Positions 17,720 through 27,058 of a DNA stretch of 64,000 bases are shown piece by piece. This DNA comes from an uncultured Acidimicrobiales bacterium. Its GTDB lineage: Bacteria; Actinomycetota; Acidimicrobiia; Acidimicrobiales; JANYDT01. How positions within the stretch are numbered: the first letter of the stretch is position 1; each line of letters begins with the position of its first letter. Below the pieces are notes generated by a model. That model did no database searches, was not told the DNA's origin, and saw only the letters and a list, made by a program, of their open reading frames with translations. The position numbers and the translations under genes were made by a program. Location: contig CAVXQD010000007.1 in the NCBI GenBank assembly GCA_963763885.1, positions 125,677 to 189,676 on the forward strand, read 5' to 3'.

Positions 17720-18919
17720 ATGACCGTTGCCGTCCCGTCCCGCAAGCCCATGCACGAGACCCACCGAGTCGCCGCATGCAACGCGGTCGATGCCGATGGC
17801 CACATCCTTGAACCGCCGGATCTGTGGGAGGAATACATCGACCCCAAGTTCCGTGACCGGGCCTTGCGCATCGTCAAGGACGAGAACGGCTTGGAAGAAC
17901 TGGAGATCAACGGCAAGCGCTCCGCCATGACTCGGCGAGGGTTCCCGGCAACGCTTGGGGCCATGGGTGCAGCAGATCTGGCGGACATGCAACTCAACCC
18001 GGAACGGACGTATCTCGGCGAGGCGCCGTACGGCTCGATGGATCCGCACGAGCGGATCAAGTTGCTGGACAAAGAGAACATCGACATCGCGTTCCTTTAC
18101 ACAACGGTTGGGTTGTTGTGGGAGGCCGAGGTTGACGATCCCGAACTGTCGCAGGCTTATACGCGCGCATACAACCGGTGGATTTGCGAATTTTGTTCCG
18201 GTCAGCCTCGCCTCATCCCGACGGCACATCTGTCCCTCTCCGACCCAGTTGCCGCTGCAAAAGAATTAGAACGCGCCGTGGGCGAAGGTGCGCGTGGCGG
18301 TTACGTGGCTCCATTCACCCACGATGGTCGTCCGCTGGGCCACCCAAGCAACGACCCGGTTTTCGCCGCGGCGCAGGATCTTGGAGTTCCATTGGCGTTG
18401 CACCCAACGTTCGAGCCGCAATGGACAAAGGGAACCCGTATGGGTACATGGGAAAATGTGAAGCAGCTTCGGCTGCTTGCGTCCGTACAGGCATCGGACG
18501 GCGTGCGGCACCAATTCACCACGCTGTTCGACTACGGCGTGTTCGACAAGTTCCCCAAAATGAAGTTCCTGGTCCTGGAGTCCGGCGGCGGTTGGATTGG
18601 CTACTGGCTGGACCGCATCGATGCCGTATACAGCCATACGTTCATCGGCCAGAAAGTGCCGCTGGAGCACAAGCCAAGCGATTACTTCCGGGAGCGCATC
18701 TGGATCAGCTGTGACCCAGATGAGCGCACCATCCCGTCGCTCGCAGCGCGGTTTGGCGTTGAGCGCTTCCTCTGGGCTTCGGACTTCCCCCACGCCGACC
18801 ACACACCGGAATACGTGCACGACCTCAACGAGCTGGTTGCATCGTTCCCGGAAGACCAGCAGAGCAAGTTCATCGGAGGCAACGCACGCAAGCTCTTCGG
18901 TCTGCCAGCAGCTCCGTAA
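17720..18919 (+). CDS. Amidohydrolase_2-family protein
   Basis: DADGHILEP, YNRW, PLALH, LESGGGW, FLWASDFPHAD. Confidence 0.85.
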   Translation: MTVAVPSRKPMHETHRVAACNAVDADGHILEPPDLWEEYIDPKFRDRALRIVKDENGLEELEINGKRSAMTRRGFPATLGAMGAADLADMQLNPERTYLGEAPYGSMDPHERIKLLDKENIDIAFLYTTVGLLWEAEVDDPELSQAYTRAYNRWICEFCSGQPRLIPTAHLSLSDPVAAAKELERAVGEGARGGYVAPFTHDGRPLGHPSNDPVFAAAQDLGVPLALHPTFEPQWTKGTRMGTWENVKQLRLLASVQASDGVRHQFTTLFDYGVFDKFPKMKFLVLESGGGWIGYWLDRIDAVYSHTFIGQKVPLEHKPSDYFRERIWISCDPDERTIPSLAARFGVERFLWASDFPHADHTPEYVHDLNELVASFPEDQQSKFIGGNARKLFGLPAAP

Positions 18920-18929
18920 CGGGCGCCAA

Positions 18930-18943
18930 GGGCCGAAGGTCCT
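18930..18943. promoter_or_regulatory. Putative DosR/DevR box upstream of the carbamate kinase-like gene
   Basis: Reverse complement AGGACCTTCGGCCC matches the boxes at 2417 and 3703. Confidence 0.55.
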
Positions 18944-19001
18944 TGGCGTGGCCAGCATTGGACCCTTGTCCGGGCTCAATGCACCAGCCAGAATTCAACA
19001 G

Positions 19002-19943
19002 GTGACACGCCCCGGGAACGACCAACGTCCTCTGCTAGTGGTTGCGCTTGGAGGCAACGCATTACTCCCCGCCGACGGGCCGCTGACCATGGCAGTTCAG
19101 CGCCAGCAGGCAGCGAGCGCGGCCGAAGTACTTGCTCCGCTGTTTGCCGACTGGCGCGTTGTGTTGACGCACGGAAGCGGTCCGCAGGTTGGAATTCTTT
19201 CCGAGCTGGCAAGCCGCGCCCATTCGCTCAAGGACCTAACGCTGGACGCTGTTGACGCAGAAACGGCTGGCTTACTCGGTTATGTACTCATTCAGGCGTT
19301 TGCGCACCTGGACGATGTCATCACCGTGCTGACACAGGTTGTCGTCGACAAAGACGACCCAGCGTTCCTTCACCCAACAAAGCCGATTGGTCGCACGGTC
19401 GACGAACCGACCGCAGAGTTGCTGGAGGAGCTGCACGGGTGGACTTTTGTGCAGCAACCCAGCGGACCCGGGCGCGGCAAATTTCGAAGGGTTGTGGCAT
19501 CGCCACTTCCACAAGCGATCGTCGAGATCGGCGCCATTCGGACGCTCGTTGATGCGGGTGTTGTTCCAATCTGCGCGGGTGGTGGTGGCATACCGGTGAT
19601 CGCAGATCGTGGCGGTTGGAAAGGCATCGAGGCAGTGGTCGACAAGGACCTGGTGTCGTCGCTGCTCGCATGCGAACTGCACGCCGACGCGCTGCTTCTC
19701 CTCACCGACGTGGAGGGGCTGATGACTGGCTGGGGAACGCCCGACTGCCACGTGGTCAACAAGATCGGTGCGAACGAGGCTGCTGTGCTGGCGGCAAGTT
19801 TGGAGGCCGGTTCGATGGAGCCAAAGGTCAGCGCGTGTGCCAGCTTTACGCTCGCTACCGGCAACGCCTCGTACATCGGGCGTCTCGCTGATGCGGCCGC
19901 AGTTCTCGCCTGCCGATCCGGAACCCAGATCCAACCGGACTAA
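19002..19943 (+). CDS. arcC: Carbamate kinase-like protein
   Basis: VVALGGNALL, THGSGPQVG, TKPIG, RRVVASPLP, GGGGIPV, EAVVDKD, LTDVEG, GSMEPKV. GTG19002 chosen as start. Confidence 0.85.
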   Translation: MTRPGNDQRPLLVVALGGNALLPADGPLTMAVQRQQAASAAEVLAPLFADWRVVLTHGSGPQVGILSELASRAHSLKDLTLDAVDAETAGLLGYVLIQAFAHLDDVITVLTQVVVDKDDPAFLHPTKPIGRTVDEPTAELLEELHGWTFVQQPSGPGRGKFRRVVASPLPQAIVEIGAIRTLVDAGVVPICAGGGGIPVIADRGGWKGIEAVVDKDLVSSLLACELHADALLLLTDVEGLMTGWGTPDCHVVNKIGANEAAVLAASLEAGSMEPKVSACASFTLATGNASYIGRLADAAAVLACRSGTQIQPD

Positions 19944-21461
19944 CGGGAGGGTTGTCGAACGTGGATGATCTCGTCGTGCTTGGGAACAATTGTTTGGCTG
20001 GCGAACTCGCGCCGAATGTCTCCACACAGAGCCTCTGCCGCGTCCAGTTCTCCGTGAACAACGAAGCACGTCCGCGGAGCTTTCGGGGCAGTACCAATCC
20101 ATGCGACGACTTCCTTGGCGTCGGCGTGCACGCTGAACCCGCCGAGGTCGACAATCTCTGACCGCACATCGATGTAGTCGCCGAAGATCTTGATCTCGCG
20201 CGCACCGTCGACCAGAAGTCGCCCGCGTGTTCCTTGCACCTGATGCCCAACGAACACGACAGCATTTCGTGGATCAGCTAAGCGCGCCGATAAGTGGTGC
20301 AAGATGCGGCCGCCTGTGGCCATGCCGGAACCGGCGATGATGATGCTCGGAAACCGCACGTCGTTCAGCGATTTCGACTCGGCAACGGTGCGGACCTCGT
20401 TGAGACGACCGGTGTCGAAGATGTCTTCTCTTCCATGCAACTCGGGGCGTATCTCCGCCCACCCTTCGTCGAGTGCGCGTCGGTACACCCGCAACGCAGC
20501 CAGAGCCATCGGCGAGTCGATGTACACCGGAAGCGCGGGAATGTCGCCCGCATCCATCAGGCGTTTGAGCTCGTAGAGAACTACTTCCGTGCGGTCTACT
20601 GCGAACGATGGAATCAGGACGGACCCGCCACGTGCCGCAGTCCGGCTGATGACGTCTCCAAGTACCTCGCCGGCGCCGCGCGCGCTGGCATCGTGCAGAC
20701 GGTTCCCGTAGGTCGACTCGACGACCAGGGATCCCACGGTGGTCAACGGGTCGGGCGGGAGCAACAACGGATGGTCTGGTCTGCCGAGGTCTCCGGAGAA
20801 CGCCAGTTCATCCATCCCTTCCGCTGTTACCGATGCCCAGGCAGCTCCGAGGATGTGACCGGCCCGATGCAACGTCACACGCACGTCGTCGGTCGGCTCG
20901 AACTGCTCGGCGAATGCGTGCACGACGAATCGTTCGATCGTTTGCTCGGCGTCTTCGGCCGTGTAGAGCGGCTGGGCAGGATGGTGGCGGCTCGACCCAA
21001 CTCGATTTGCGTATGCAGCATCTTCTTGCTGGAGGCGAGCAGCGTCCAGCAACACGATGGTTGCCAATTCTGCGGTGCCCGCGGTGGCATGGATGGACCC
21101 GCGAAACCCGTCGTGCACGAGCCTTGGGAGATAGCCGATGTGGTCAAGGTGTGCGTGTGTGATGACTACGGCGTCGACGGACCGCGGGTCGACGGGGAAC
21201 GGAGCCCAGTTCCTCGCTCGCAAATCTTTGGTTCCTTGGAATAGGCCGCAGTCAAACAGACACCGCCGATCGGCCCGTCTGCAGCAAAAACCGGCTTCCG
21301 GTTACCGTCTCGGCGCCGCCGAGGAACCGAATGGTGGCTGGCCTAGCGCGCTTGGATCGATCCTGTCCATCAGGTCGGTCGTGTCCGCTTGGTCGATCGT
21401 GTCCGATAAGTCGATCGTGTTGGCCGTGTGCAGATGCTCTGGACTTCGCCTGCGTGTTCAC
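19940..21461 (-). CDS. MBL-fold beta-CASP metallo-hydrolase/ribonuclease with an apparent 1-nt frameshift near 21273
   Basis: 5' frame RFLGGAETVTGSRFLLQTG joins DRRCLFDCGLFQG...THAHLDHIGYLP...AGHILG...VESTYGNR...FSVHAD after removing one base. Confidence 0.8.
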
Positions 21462-21496
21462 AACGCAAGCGTGGCGGATAGCCGCTCCCCCTCCAG

Positions 21497-21532
21497 GGGC
21501 CAAACGGCGATCACGCTCGGGACGTTGTGCCC
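21497..21532. promoter_or_regulatory. Tandem putative DosR/DevR boxes upstream of the beta-CASP gene
   Basis: GGGCCAAACGGCGA (21497-21510) and GGGACGTTGTGCCC (21519-21532), 22 bp apart. Confidence 0.4.
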
Positions 21533-21624
21533 CTTTCGATGCGCGGCATGGCAAACGCGTGGCCAGGCTCAATCCGGCCCGTACTTCAGCTTGGCCGCCT
21601 GCGCAGCTTGTTGTTGCGTAAACG

Positions 21625-21656
21625 CGAATCAGGCACCCCGAAGGGTGCCTGATTCG
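21625..21656 (-). terminator. Hairpin terminator downstream of tRNA-Gly
   Basis: Perfect 14-bp stem CGAATCAGGCACCC/GGGTGCCTGATTCG with a 4-nt loop. Confidence 0.75.
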
Positions 21657-21664
21657 TACTGCGC

Positions 21665-21740
21665 TGGAGCGGACGACCGGATTCGAACCGGCGACCCTCA
21701 CCTTGGCAAGGTGATGCTCTACCAACTGAGCCACGTCCGC
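21665..21740 (-). tRNA. tRNA-Gly (GCC)
   Basis: GCGGACGTGGCTCAGTTGGTAGAGCATCACCTTGCCAAGGTGAGGGTCGCCGGTTCGAATCCGGTCGTCCGCTCCA: 76 nt, cloverleaf, anticodon GCC, encoded CCA. Confidence 0.98.
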
Positions 21741-21821
21741 AATGGGAGACTCACCTTAGCACGGCACTTCGACGGTCACTGTCACACACGCTCTTGCCGG
21801 AAGGCCAGCCTCAAGCCTGAC

Positions 21822-21894
21822 TTCGCGGCACCGAGACACGTTCGCGGCACTCACGCAGGATGCCTCAATGCCGCAAACGTTTCTGGGGGCCGCG
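21822..21894. repeat. 73-bp REP-like direct repeat, left copy
   Basis: 60/73 identical to 23055-23127; contains TTCGCGGCAC twice. Confidence 0.85.
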
Positions 21895-21931
21895 ACATCG
21901 GGACTGAGGCTGAGGTGTTCCCCCGAATTGA

Positions 21932-22975
21932 TCACGCGGACGTAACGGTCGGGACGATGGACCACCGGTGTGCGGCGCCTTCAACATGTCTGCCCGAAAC
22001 CTCCCACGAATTGCCGAGGTCTGGAGAACGCCGAAGGTGAGCTTTCACATCAGCGACGATATGCCCTGGTTCGAAAAGGGCCACTGTTGCGGGATACCGG
22101 AAGACATGGAAGCCGGGCGACAATCGCCGATCTCGTTCGTGATCAAGTTTTCGCCGATCCGGAAGGTCGTGCATGGAGCCGTCGATCTCGATAATGAGCT
22201 GTGCGGAAGGAATCATCAGGTCGGCAAAGTGCAGCCGAATGTGACCGTGGCGGTCCAGTGATGTGACGCAAGGCTGCACGATGACATCAGTGATCCCGGC
22301 CGCAAGCAGCGCGAACAGAACGGTCGAATCGGCGATGGAACCCGTTGGTCGACCGGGGATACGTCTGGCCAAAGCCCGCCGCACAGTCGAGACCCCCGGC
22401 TTGCGGCGCCATTGGTTGACCATGTCGACCAGTTCCGCCATCACGTCTTCGCGCCACTGGTCGGGACGTTTCGGATTCGCCCCACGCAGGCCAGATTCCA
22501 GGACGAGCGAAAACTCACGATCCGACATACCTGCCGCAACGTCAACCAAGGTTCGGGCGCGGTCCGTGAATCGGCGGCCGTCAGCATCGTGCAGCACGGT
22601 GTTCGGATCTGGCAGGTGACGGGTCCGAATCACCCGGAGGAGAGGCTGAAACGCAGAGGTCTGTGCGCGGAACGACCTTGTGCTGTTCGGAACCGTCACG
22701 GCGATCGACGTTGCGTCCCAACCTTTCGTCGAGTCAAACCCATGACGAATGGCGGCAGTCTCGTGGGACAAAACCGACTGCGGGCCACCCCGCTGCAGCA
22801 CTGCTTGGTGCCAACTCGCCGTGTTTTCGAGCGTCTCGGAAGTGGAGGTCGGCAAATACATGCCGTTAAAAACTCGCGACCAGCTGCCAGATTCGACTCG
22901 GTACTGGATGGCTGATGGGGTGTGTCCGGCAGCGAGAAGTGACTTGCGGATCAAAAGCGAATCTTGTGTGGTCAT
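21932..22975 (-). CDS. AbiEi-like N-terminal region plus DUF559/Vsr-like endonuclease
   Basis: GSWSRVFNGMY, VLSHETAAIRHG, TDRARTLVDVA, and C-terminal ADLMIP...IIEIDGSMH...DHERDRRL...VFRY. Confidence 0.75.
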   Translation of the reverse strand: MTTQDSLLIRKSLLAAGHTPSAIQYRVESGSWSRVFNGMYLPTSTSETLENTASWHQAVLQRGGPQSVLSHETAAIRHGFDSTKGWDATSIAVTVPNSTRSFRAQTSAFQPLLRVIRTRHLPDPNTVLHDADGRRFTDRARTLVDVAAGMSDREFSLVLESGLRGANPKRPDQWREDVMAELVDMVNQWRRKPGVSTVRRALARRIPGRPTGSIADSTVLFALLAAGITDVIVQPCVTSLDRHGHIRLHFADLMIPSAQLIIEIDGSMHDLPDRRKLDHERDRRLSPGFHVFRYPATVALFEPGHIVADVKAHLRRSPDLGNSWEVSGRHVEGAAHRWSIVPTVTSA

Positions 22976-23054
22976 ACACCACAAGTAACAGAAGGGTATG
23001 ACAATTCGCATCGATCTTGCATCGGTTCACGACACCACGTGCTGACACCCCGAG

Positions 23055-23127
23055 TTCGCGGCACTCAGGTATGTTCGCGGCACTCACGAAGGATGCGTCA
23101 GGGCCGCAAACGTTGCGGAGTGCCGCG
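23055..23127. repeat. 73-bp REP-like direct repeat, right copy
   Basis: Outer stem CGCGGCACTC/GAGTGCCGCG and inner palindrome CCGCAA-ACG-TTGCGG; 60/73 identical to the left copy. Confidence 0.85.
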
Positions 23128-23169
23128 CTGACGCAAAGGAATCCTGAAAGGGTGCTCCCGGATGGGGCT

Positions 23170-24705
23170 TTAGCGGGTGGGTCGACGCTTGGCGGTTGGC
23201 TTTGCCGACTTCGCGGCCGACTTGGTGGCCTTGGTGGCTTTGGCAGAGGACTTCGCTGGTCGCGGCTTGACCGGCTTGATCGGCTTGATCGGCTCGGAAG
23301 TGCTGGCACCGGCTCGGGTGATGGCAAGGAGCTCGTCGATGCCCGCGTTGCAGTGAGCTGCGAGGTCCCACACCCCGGACATGGTCTCTCGGCATGCGAG
23401 GAGGCCGACGTACATGACTCCCAGGTACGACATCACCGTCATGTTGAGGCCGATGCCATCGAAGATTGGACCCATTGGATACCACTCCACCAACCGCCCA
23501 CCCGTGCAGAAGAGGGGAACCTGTGGCCCTGGCACGTTGGAGATGGTGACGTTGTAGATGGGCTTGTGCCGATTGGCCAACCCCATCGACGAGTACAACC
23601 GCGCCGCACGAGCTGCGACTGCCGGAGCCGCGAACTCGGCCCAGTTCGACAACGTGTCTGCGCCAATTGCGTTGATTGAATCTTTGGCAATCTTGGTCTC
23701 GGCCTGAATGGATTGATACCGCTTCACCGGATCTGGTTCTTCGGTGGCGAGACGAACCAGCAGCTGGCTCACACGGTTTCCCATGGCGCCCTTCTGGTCC
23801 GTATTACGAACGCTCATGGGCACCATCGCGATGAGCGGCTCGGTTGGCAGCTCTCCCCCGTCCAGCAGATACTGCCGAAGCGCCGAAGCACACATGGCAA
23901 GCACAACGTCGTTGACCGTGCCCCCCAGCGCTGCGCGGACCTCTTTAATGTCGTTGAGAGGAACCTGTGTGTATGCGAACTTACGATGGGGCGTGATGGG
24001 TACGTTGAAGCTGGTTCGTGGGGCTGCGAACGGTGTTGCAGGCGCCGCATCTCCATCGGCCGAACGCTTGCGGAGGTTCAACGCAGCCTCGGCGGTGCGA
24101 CGGACAGCCTTGACTAGTTCGGCCGGCTGCTCCGTGAGGCTGCGCAACGCGTATGCCAACGTTTCGACGTCGGACGGGATGCGATCGCCGTGGAAGGCCT
24201 TGTCCGGCGGCGGAACAGGTGGCGCATCGGCCGAGAGATCCAGCAAGGCCGTAGTGAGTTCAGCCCCTGACGCACCATCGATGGCGGCGTGGTGCGTCTT
24301 GGTGATGAGTGCGATCCGTCCGCCCTCAAGGCCTTCCACCACCTCGAGCTCCCAGAGAGGGCGTGTGCGGTCTAGCGGGCGGGCCATGAACTGAGCCGCG
24401 TGTTCGGCCAACTCGGCCTGACCTCCCGGCGCAGGGAGCGCTGCTTGGCGCACGTGGTACTCGATGTCGAAGTGCGCATCGTTGGCCCACAACGGGTGAT
24501 GCAAGCCGAATGGAACGGTGACCAGCTTCCAGCGAAACGGCGGCAACAGGTGTAGCCGGCTCTCGACGCCAGCCTTCACACGCTCGAACGAAACGGCAGT
24601 TGGGTCGTCGCCCGGGTCGAACACGTAGACCGCTCCGACGTGCATGTGATTATTCGGCGTCTCCATGTACAGGAAAGACGCATCGAGGCCAGTGAGGCGG
24701 CGCAT
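23170..24705 (-). CDS. Wax ester synthase/diacylglycerol acyltransferase (WS/DGAT)
   Basis: MRRLTGLDASFL, PLDRTRPLWE, catalytic HHAAIDG, NVTISNVPGP. Confidence 0.95.
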   Translation of the reverse strand: MRRLTGLDASFLYMETPNNHMHVGAVYVFDPGDDPTAVSFERVKAGVESRLHLLPPFRWKLVTVPFGLHHPLWANDAHFDIEYHVRQAALPAPGGQAELAEHAAQFMARPLDRTRPLWELEVVEGLEGGRIALITKTHHAAIDGASGAELTTALLDLSADAPPVPPPDKAFHGDRIPSDVETLAYALRSLTEQPAELVKAVRRTAEAALNLRKRSADGDAAPATPFAAPRTSFNVPITPHRKFAYTQVPLNDIKEVRAALGGTVNDVVLAMCASALRQYLLDGGELPTEPLIAMVPMSVRNTDQKGAMGNRVSQLLVRLATEEPDPVKRYQSIQAETKIAKDSINAIGADTLSNWAEFAAPAVAARAARLYSSMGLANRHKPIYNVTISNVPGPQVPLFCTGGRLVEWYPMGPIFDGIGLNMTVMSYLGVMYVGLLACRETMSGVWDLAAHCNAGIDELLAITRAGASTSEPIKPIKPVKPRPAKSSAKATKATKSAAKSAKPTAKRRPTR

Positions 24706-24714
24706 GGCAGGACC

Positions 24715-25587
24715 CTACTTGAGCAGGCGAGACATGCGCCGGTCGGCGAGCAACTTGCCTTCGGTCTGGCAGGTGGGGCAGTACTGCCAACTCTTGGAGG
24801 CGAACGCAACCTCGCGGACCGTATCCGCGCAAACAGGGCATGGCAACCCGTTACGAGCGTGCACCCGCATCCCAGTGCGTTTGGCGTCTTTCAGCTCGGC
24901 GGCAGGTTTTCCTGCACTGCGGTCCAGCGCGTCGGTGAGCACGGCGACGATAGCGTGGTGTAGGCGGGCGACGATCAGTGGGTCTGAACCAATGGTGGAG
25001 GCCGAAGCAAAGGGACTGAGCCGCGCCATGTGTAACGCCTCATCGGAGTATGCGTTACCGATGCCGGCGATGAGACCCTGATCCGTAAGCACACCTTTGA
25101 TTCGAGCCTTGCCCTGACTGACCAGTAGTACTGCCAGCCGATCCGCCGTGAACTGGGGACCGATCGCTTCTACACCCAGTGTGCGAATGAACTCCACGTC
25201 GTCGGGGTTGCGGACAACGTGCACACTGAGGCGTTTGTCCGTGCCTGCTTCAGTGGCGGTGAACCCGCTGCCATCAGAGAACGAGACGCGTAACGCCTGC
25301 GGCCCTTTGGTGAGCTTGGCCGGCCCGGTTGACTGGGTGTCTGTCCAGCGAATCCAGCCGGCTCTCGCCAGATGGATGCACAGATGAACGCCCGCGTCGG
25401 TTGTGGCGATGAGGAACTTGCCACGCCTGGACCAACCCGTGATGGTCTGCCCACGCAACGCCTCGATGGGCGGGTCATACGTACGCAGAGCACTAATGGC
25501 CAGCACGTCGAGGCGAGCAAACTCCAGACCAGCGGTTCGTTCGGTAAGCCACCGGGCAAGGCTCTCTACCTCTGGCATCTCTGGCAT
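24715..25587 (-). CDS. Fpg/Nei-family DNA glycosylase/AP lyase
   Basis: N-terminal MPEMPEV, RRGKFL, H2TH DQGLIAGIGNAYSDE, C-terminal CPVC...CPTC zinc finger. Confidence 0.9.
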   Translation of the reverse strand: MPEMPEVESLARWLTERTAGLEFARLDVLAISALRTYDPPIEALRGQTITGWSRRGKFLIATTDAGVHLCIHLARAGWIRWTDTQSTGPAKLTKGPQALRVSFSDGSGFTATEAGTDKRLSVHVVRNPDDVEFIRTLGVEAIGPQFTADRLAVLLVSQGKARIKGVLTDQGLIAGIGNAYSDEALHMARLSPFASASTIGSDPLIVARLHHAIVAVLTDALDRSAGKPAAELKDAKRTGMRVHARNGLPCPVCADTVREVAFASKSWQYCPTCQTEGKLLADRRMSRLLK

Positions 25588-25625
25588 GCCCGACCCTACC
25601 GATCGGAGAAGGGCTGTGTCACGTG

Positions 25626-26411
25626 TCAGGTGTTTTGGATGGTGAGGCCGCCGTCGACGGGGATTACCGCGCCGACGAGAAAAGAGGAGGCCGGCAGCAC
25701 CACTGACAACGTGACCTGCGCGACTTCTTCTGGGTCTGCGTAGCGACCAATAGGCGTACGACGCTTGGCGAACGCCTCTTTATGCGCGTCGGGGATGGCT
25801 TGCGTCATGCCGGTCTTGATGGGGCCAGGGCAAATGGCGTTGACCGTGACCCCCTGACGGGCAAGATCCACCGCAAGGGACCGTGTGAGGCCGATGACGC
25901 CGTGCTTGGAGGCCGTATAGGCAGTGATGCCGCGGGTTGCCCCAAGGCCTTCGGTTGAGGCGATGTTGACCACACGACCATCGCCGTTTCTCACCAGCAT
26001 CGGCAGTGCAGCTCGTACAAAGCGCGCATAGGAAGTGAGGTTGACTGCCAGGGTGGTTTCCCAAGCAGCCCACCAGGTGTCTTCGTCTGCGGTGATGCCC
26101 ACGCCGAATGAAACGCCTGCATTGTTGATCAATATGTCGACCGGACCAAGGGCCGCGGCGATATCGGCGACGCAGGCCTCGACGGCACCATTGACGGAGA
26201 CATCGCACACAAACCCTTGGGCCGTGCCTCCGTTGCCAACAATCATGGCAACCGTTTCGGCGACACCTTCAGCGTTGCGATCCACTACCGCAACCAATGC
26301 ACCTTCGTCGGAGAAGAGCAACGCAGTGGCGCGCCCCATGCCGGAAGCAGCGCCGGTGACGATGGCAACACGACCAGAAATGGACCGGCTGAGCCGGGAA
26401 AGTCGTGTCAT
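25626..26411 (-). CDS. Short-chain dehydrogenase/reductase
   Basis: TGAASGMG, NNAG, YTASK, NAICPG. Confidence 0.92.
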   Translation of the reverse strand: MTRLSRLSRSISGRVAIVTGAASGMGRATALLFSDEGALVAVVDRNAEGVAETVAMIVGNGGTAQGFVCDVSVNGAVEACVADIAAALGPVDILINNAGVSFGVGITADEDTWWAAWETTLAVNLTSYARFVRAALPMLVRNGDGRVVNIASTEGLGATRGITAYTASKHGVIGLTRSLAVDLARQGVTVNAICPGPIKTGMTQAIPDAHKEAFAKRRTPIGRYADPEEVAQVTLSVVLPASSFLVGAVIPVDGGLTIQNT

Positions 26412-26438
26412 GAATTCAGCCCGCGGTCCGCCCGCGTC

Positions 26439-26978
26439 TTACTTGGACGGAAGTGAGCTGGTGAGCGCCTGCGCGAACGGCTGCTTTGGCCCTGCGATGA
26501 CGACGGTGGTCATCAACTTGTCTGCGATGGTCTGCTTCTTTGCATCGAAGAGCGGGAGCAAATACCCGATGCCGCAGATTGCGCCATCCAGCGCATGAGC
26601 GATGCTGCGAACGATGCCCATTCCCCCTCCGATGAACTGGCCGGTATTGGCGTGTACAACCTGGATCCCAATCACCTTTTTTCCTGGAGACTGCCCTTTT
26701 GTCCCGGTCAGGTATGCAAAATAGATGCTCATTGCGAAAATGGCCAAGTAGCCGACGAAGAAAACCAATCCTGCCAGCGCTCCGCTGATCTTGGAAAGAA
26801 TGGCCCCAACGATCACGAGGGCGATTAACCGCCAATCGAAGATCGCGATCTCTATGAGTACAGCAACGACACGCTGCCCCCAGGATGCGAATGGCACCGC
26901 TGGCGCCATTTGTCCTTGAGGTGGGAAGCCGCTCCCGGGAGCGTCGAATGGGCTTGGTAGTTGCGGAGGCATTGACAT
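26439..26978 (-). CDS. RDD-family membrane protein
   Basis: ASWGQRVVAVLI, GQSPGKKVIGIQVV, QTIADKLMTTVV. Confidence 0.85.
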   Translation of the reverse strand: MSMPPQLPSPFDAPGSGFPPQGQMAPAVPFASWGQRVVAVLIEIAIFDWRLIALVIVGAILSKISGALAGLVFFVGYLAIFAMSIYFAYLTGTKGQSPGKKVIGIQVVHANTGQFIGGGMGIVRSIAHALDGAICGIGYLLPLFDAKKQTIADKLMTTVVIAGPKQPFAQALTSSLPSK

Positions 26979-27058
26979 ACCACCGGATAGTAGTAGTCAA
27001 ATACGCCCCCCGGCCGAGTGGACCTGCTGGAATGTCGATACTCCTCGAAGGGAACACG

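Noticed and set aside
18597-19001. 135-aa N-terminal extension of the carbamate kinase in the track
   Set aside because: It overlaps the amidohydrolase gene and the promoter boxes; homology begins at about 19030.
21665-21740. tRNA-Gly as an integration site for an island
   Set aside because: No integrase and no duplicated tRNA 3' end in the window; the DUF559 unit lies on the 5' side.
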